Shown piece after piece: positions 62,504 to 64,000 of a stretch of DNA of 64,000 bases. The DNA is from a virus. The notes beneath the pieces are model-generated. The model searched no databases and was not told the DNA's origin. It was given only the letters and a program-made list of their open reading frames with translations. A program made the position numbers and the translations under genes. How positions within the stretch are numbered: position 1 is the stretch's first letter; each line of letters opens with the position of its first letter. The DNA lies in the IMG/VR virus record IMGVR_UViG_3300033148_003055, positions 1 through 64,000 of that record. One strand, written 5' to 3'.

Positions 62504-62719
62504 TCATGCCTTTGGCCCGATATGGAAGTCGCATGTGCCGTCAGCCTCACACGCTTCCGGGTTGCACGGCACCTTAACCCCGGCATGGCAATTGCCGCAA
62601 TCCTCGCAGCACGTCATGATGTCATTGAGTCCACAGCCGCAGTCCTCGCCGTAAAGCCCGTCGTAGCCGTTCGCCTTCAGGTACTCATAGACGATCTCGT
62701 ATACCGTAGGGTTCTTCAT
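62504..62719 (-). CDS. Small Cys-rich protein
   Basis: YLKANGYDGL...CGC...C. Confidence 0.5.
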   Translation of the reverse strand: MKNPTVYEIVYEYLKANGYDGLYGEDCGCGLNDIMTCCEDCGNCHAGVKVPCNPEACEADGTCDFHIGPKA

Positions 62720-62750
62720 CTCGCCTCCCGTTCTGCACACTTCTGCATGG

Positions 62751-64000
62751 CTAGTTACCAAGTGCCTCCACCAATCGGAATACGTCCATCAACCCCCGCA
62801 CGAACATCCGGTATTCGGTGCTCTGCTCCCGGCCACGCCGCAGGATGTATGCGGGGTGGACGAGGTGAATCGTATCGGGCCAGTGGGTCTTGCAGACCCG
62901 TTCGGCCTCCCGGCCCAGGGCGATGATGTAGACGGGTTTGACCGCCCGCTCGATCCGGTGGAGCCTCGGCCAACAGGCCATCTGCTCCTCCTGGGTCGGG
63001 GGGCGGTTGTCGCCGCGCTTGCGATCTGTGGGCCGGCAGTTGTGAACCACCGCACCAGCCGTGACGAAGTTGTGCGCCTCTTCAACGTCGATACAATACA
63101 CCAAATCTGGCGTCGCGTCGTACGGTACCACGATCGCCGGTTTGAAATAACTGGTGGCCGGCTCTGGAGCGTAATACTCTTCGCAGAATTTCACATCCCG
63201 GAGGTTGGGCGGAAGCTTGTACTTCAAAGTCGGTGGTACGAGGTGGGCGATCTCAGTCAAGAAACGCCTCGCGTCTACGGAGCGAAAGTACAACCTCCAT
63301 GTTGCGAACTTCTTGATCCTAGGGCTGTACCCGCGTCGTTCGAACTCAGCCTTCGCGATTTCTGCATTGGCCTCTTCGAGGGGCAGTGCGAACTCAAGAC
63401 CCTTCGACTGTCCTCCCTTGTTAGCCCGCTGGTGGCCATCGTCCAAGAACCAAACAGCCAATCCCAACGGACCTAGCTTGCGGAGAGACTCAGGGTGGAA
63501 CACCTTCCCATGAGGATACCAGGTCTTCCAAAGGTCGCGCATGAACGGGCACAGTTTGGTCTCGGTACGCAGTATCACGTGACACGGCTCCAGGGTTTGG
63601 TGCCGGGCAGAAACCCTTGAATCAAACCCGTCTAAGACTGCGGCCTTTAGACGAAGATACTCAGCTTGTCGTTCGGAATGGGATATTGCAAATTGCCCAA
63701 ATGAGCTAACGGTTCCATCCCCAAGCATAGAGCCTATGATAATCTGCTCTGCTCGAGGTCCAGGTGCTGGGGTCCCTGTCGATACCAAATCCCCGTCCCT
63801 GATTTCGGCGGCAGGTATCCACCCCCGTGAAGTTGAGACGAGATGATCCTCCGTCAATCGAACCCCGGTGAACCCCTTGGGGTTACCTCTTATCCCTTCA
63901 AAACTCAAGTGCAGCAACTTCCTACCATCTCTACGAGTTCGGTGCCAGCCTACGATTTCTCTTAGAGCGAGTTCGCCGTTTGGAAGTACACAATGAACGC
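62751..64000 (-). CDS. Family-4 uracil-DNA glycosylase with LAGLIDADG intein (5' end outside window)
   Basis: C-extein CRP..NRPP..E..AC...P..IIALG..A...HPAYILR; frame open to the window edge. Confidence 0.85.
   Translation of the reverse strand, partial: VHCVLPNGELALREIVGWHRTRRDGRKLLHLSFEGIRGNPKGFTGVRLTEDHLVSTSRGWIPAAEIRDGDLVSTGTPAPGPRAEQIIIGSMLGDGTVSSFGQFAISHSERQAEYLRLKAAVLDGFDSRVSARHQTLEPCHVILRTETKLCPFMRDLWKTWYPHGKVFHPESLRKLGPLGLAVWFLDDGHQRANKGGQSKGLEFALPLEEANAEIAKAEFERRGYSPRIKKFATWRLYFRSVDARRFLTEIAHLVPPTLKYKLPPNLRDVKFCEEYYAPEPATSYFKPAIVVPYDATPDLVYCIDVEEAHNFVTAGAVVHNCRPTDRKRGDNRPPTQEEQMACWPRLHRIERAVKPVYIIALGREAERVCKTHWPDTIHLVHPAYILRRGREQSTEYRMFVRGLMDVFRLVEALGN
63039..64000 (-). mobile_element. 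Intein with LAGLIDADG endonuclease (partial)
   Basis: LTEDH block B, GSMLGDG and AVWFLDDG, ends YCIDVEEAHNF...VHN followed by Cys+1. Confidence 0.9.

Noticed and set aside
433-63513. Numerous long plus-strand ORFs (e.g. 21116-22924, 3218-4669, 17937-19289)
   Set aside because: Antisense shadows of GC-rich minus-strand genes, with no motifs or RBS
1-64000. Prophage boundary, integrase or alternative genetic code
   Set aside because: No att/integrase or host genes seen; genes are full length in the standard code and no suppressor tRNA is present

Overview
A 64-kb segment of a GC-rich tailed dsDNA phage genome (HK97-type head, probably non-contractile tail). Every credible gene is on the minus strand. 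Reading in transcription direction (right to left): an intein-split family-4 uracil-DNA glycosylase, a PAPS-reductase-family protein, an exonuclease/AAA/SSB recombination module, a TIGR-Tas-like locus, family-A DNA polymerase, primase-helicase, four DNA methyltransferases, nucleotide-metabolism genes, a macrodomain, a sigma factor and TerS. The TIGR-Tas-like locus is a Nop/IS110-like protein followed by ten 36-nt dual-spacer repeat units. One methyltransferase carries an intein that hides an out-of-frame HNH gene with its own consensus promoter. Next come 12 tRNAs plus 4 aberrant tRNA-like elements, TerL, a portal-MuF fusion, protease and major capsid. An 11.6-kb glycan synthesis/decoration cluster (glycosyl-, methyl- and sulfotransferases, deacetylase, two radical-SAM proteins with a CX5HX2C motif) sits inside the head module, followed by head-tail joining, lysis and tail genes in an unusual order. 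All functional calls come from motif recognition by eye; no database searches were run.
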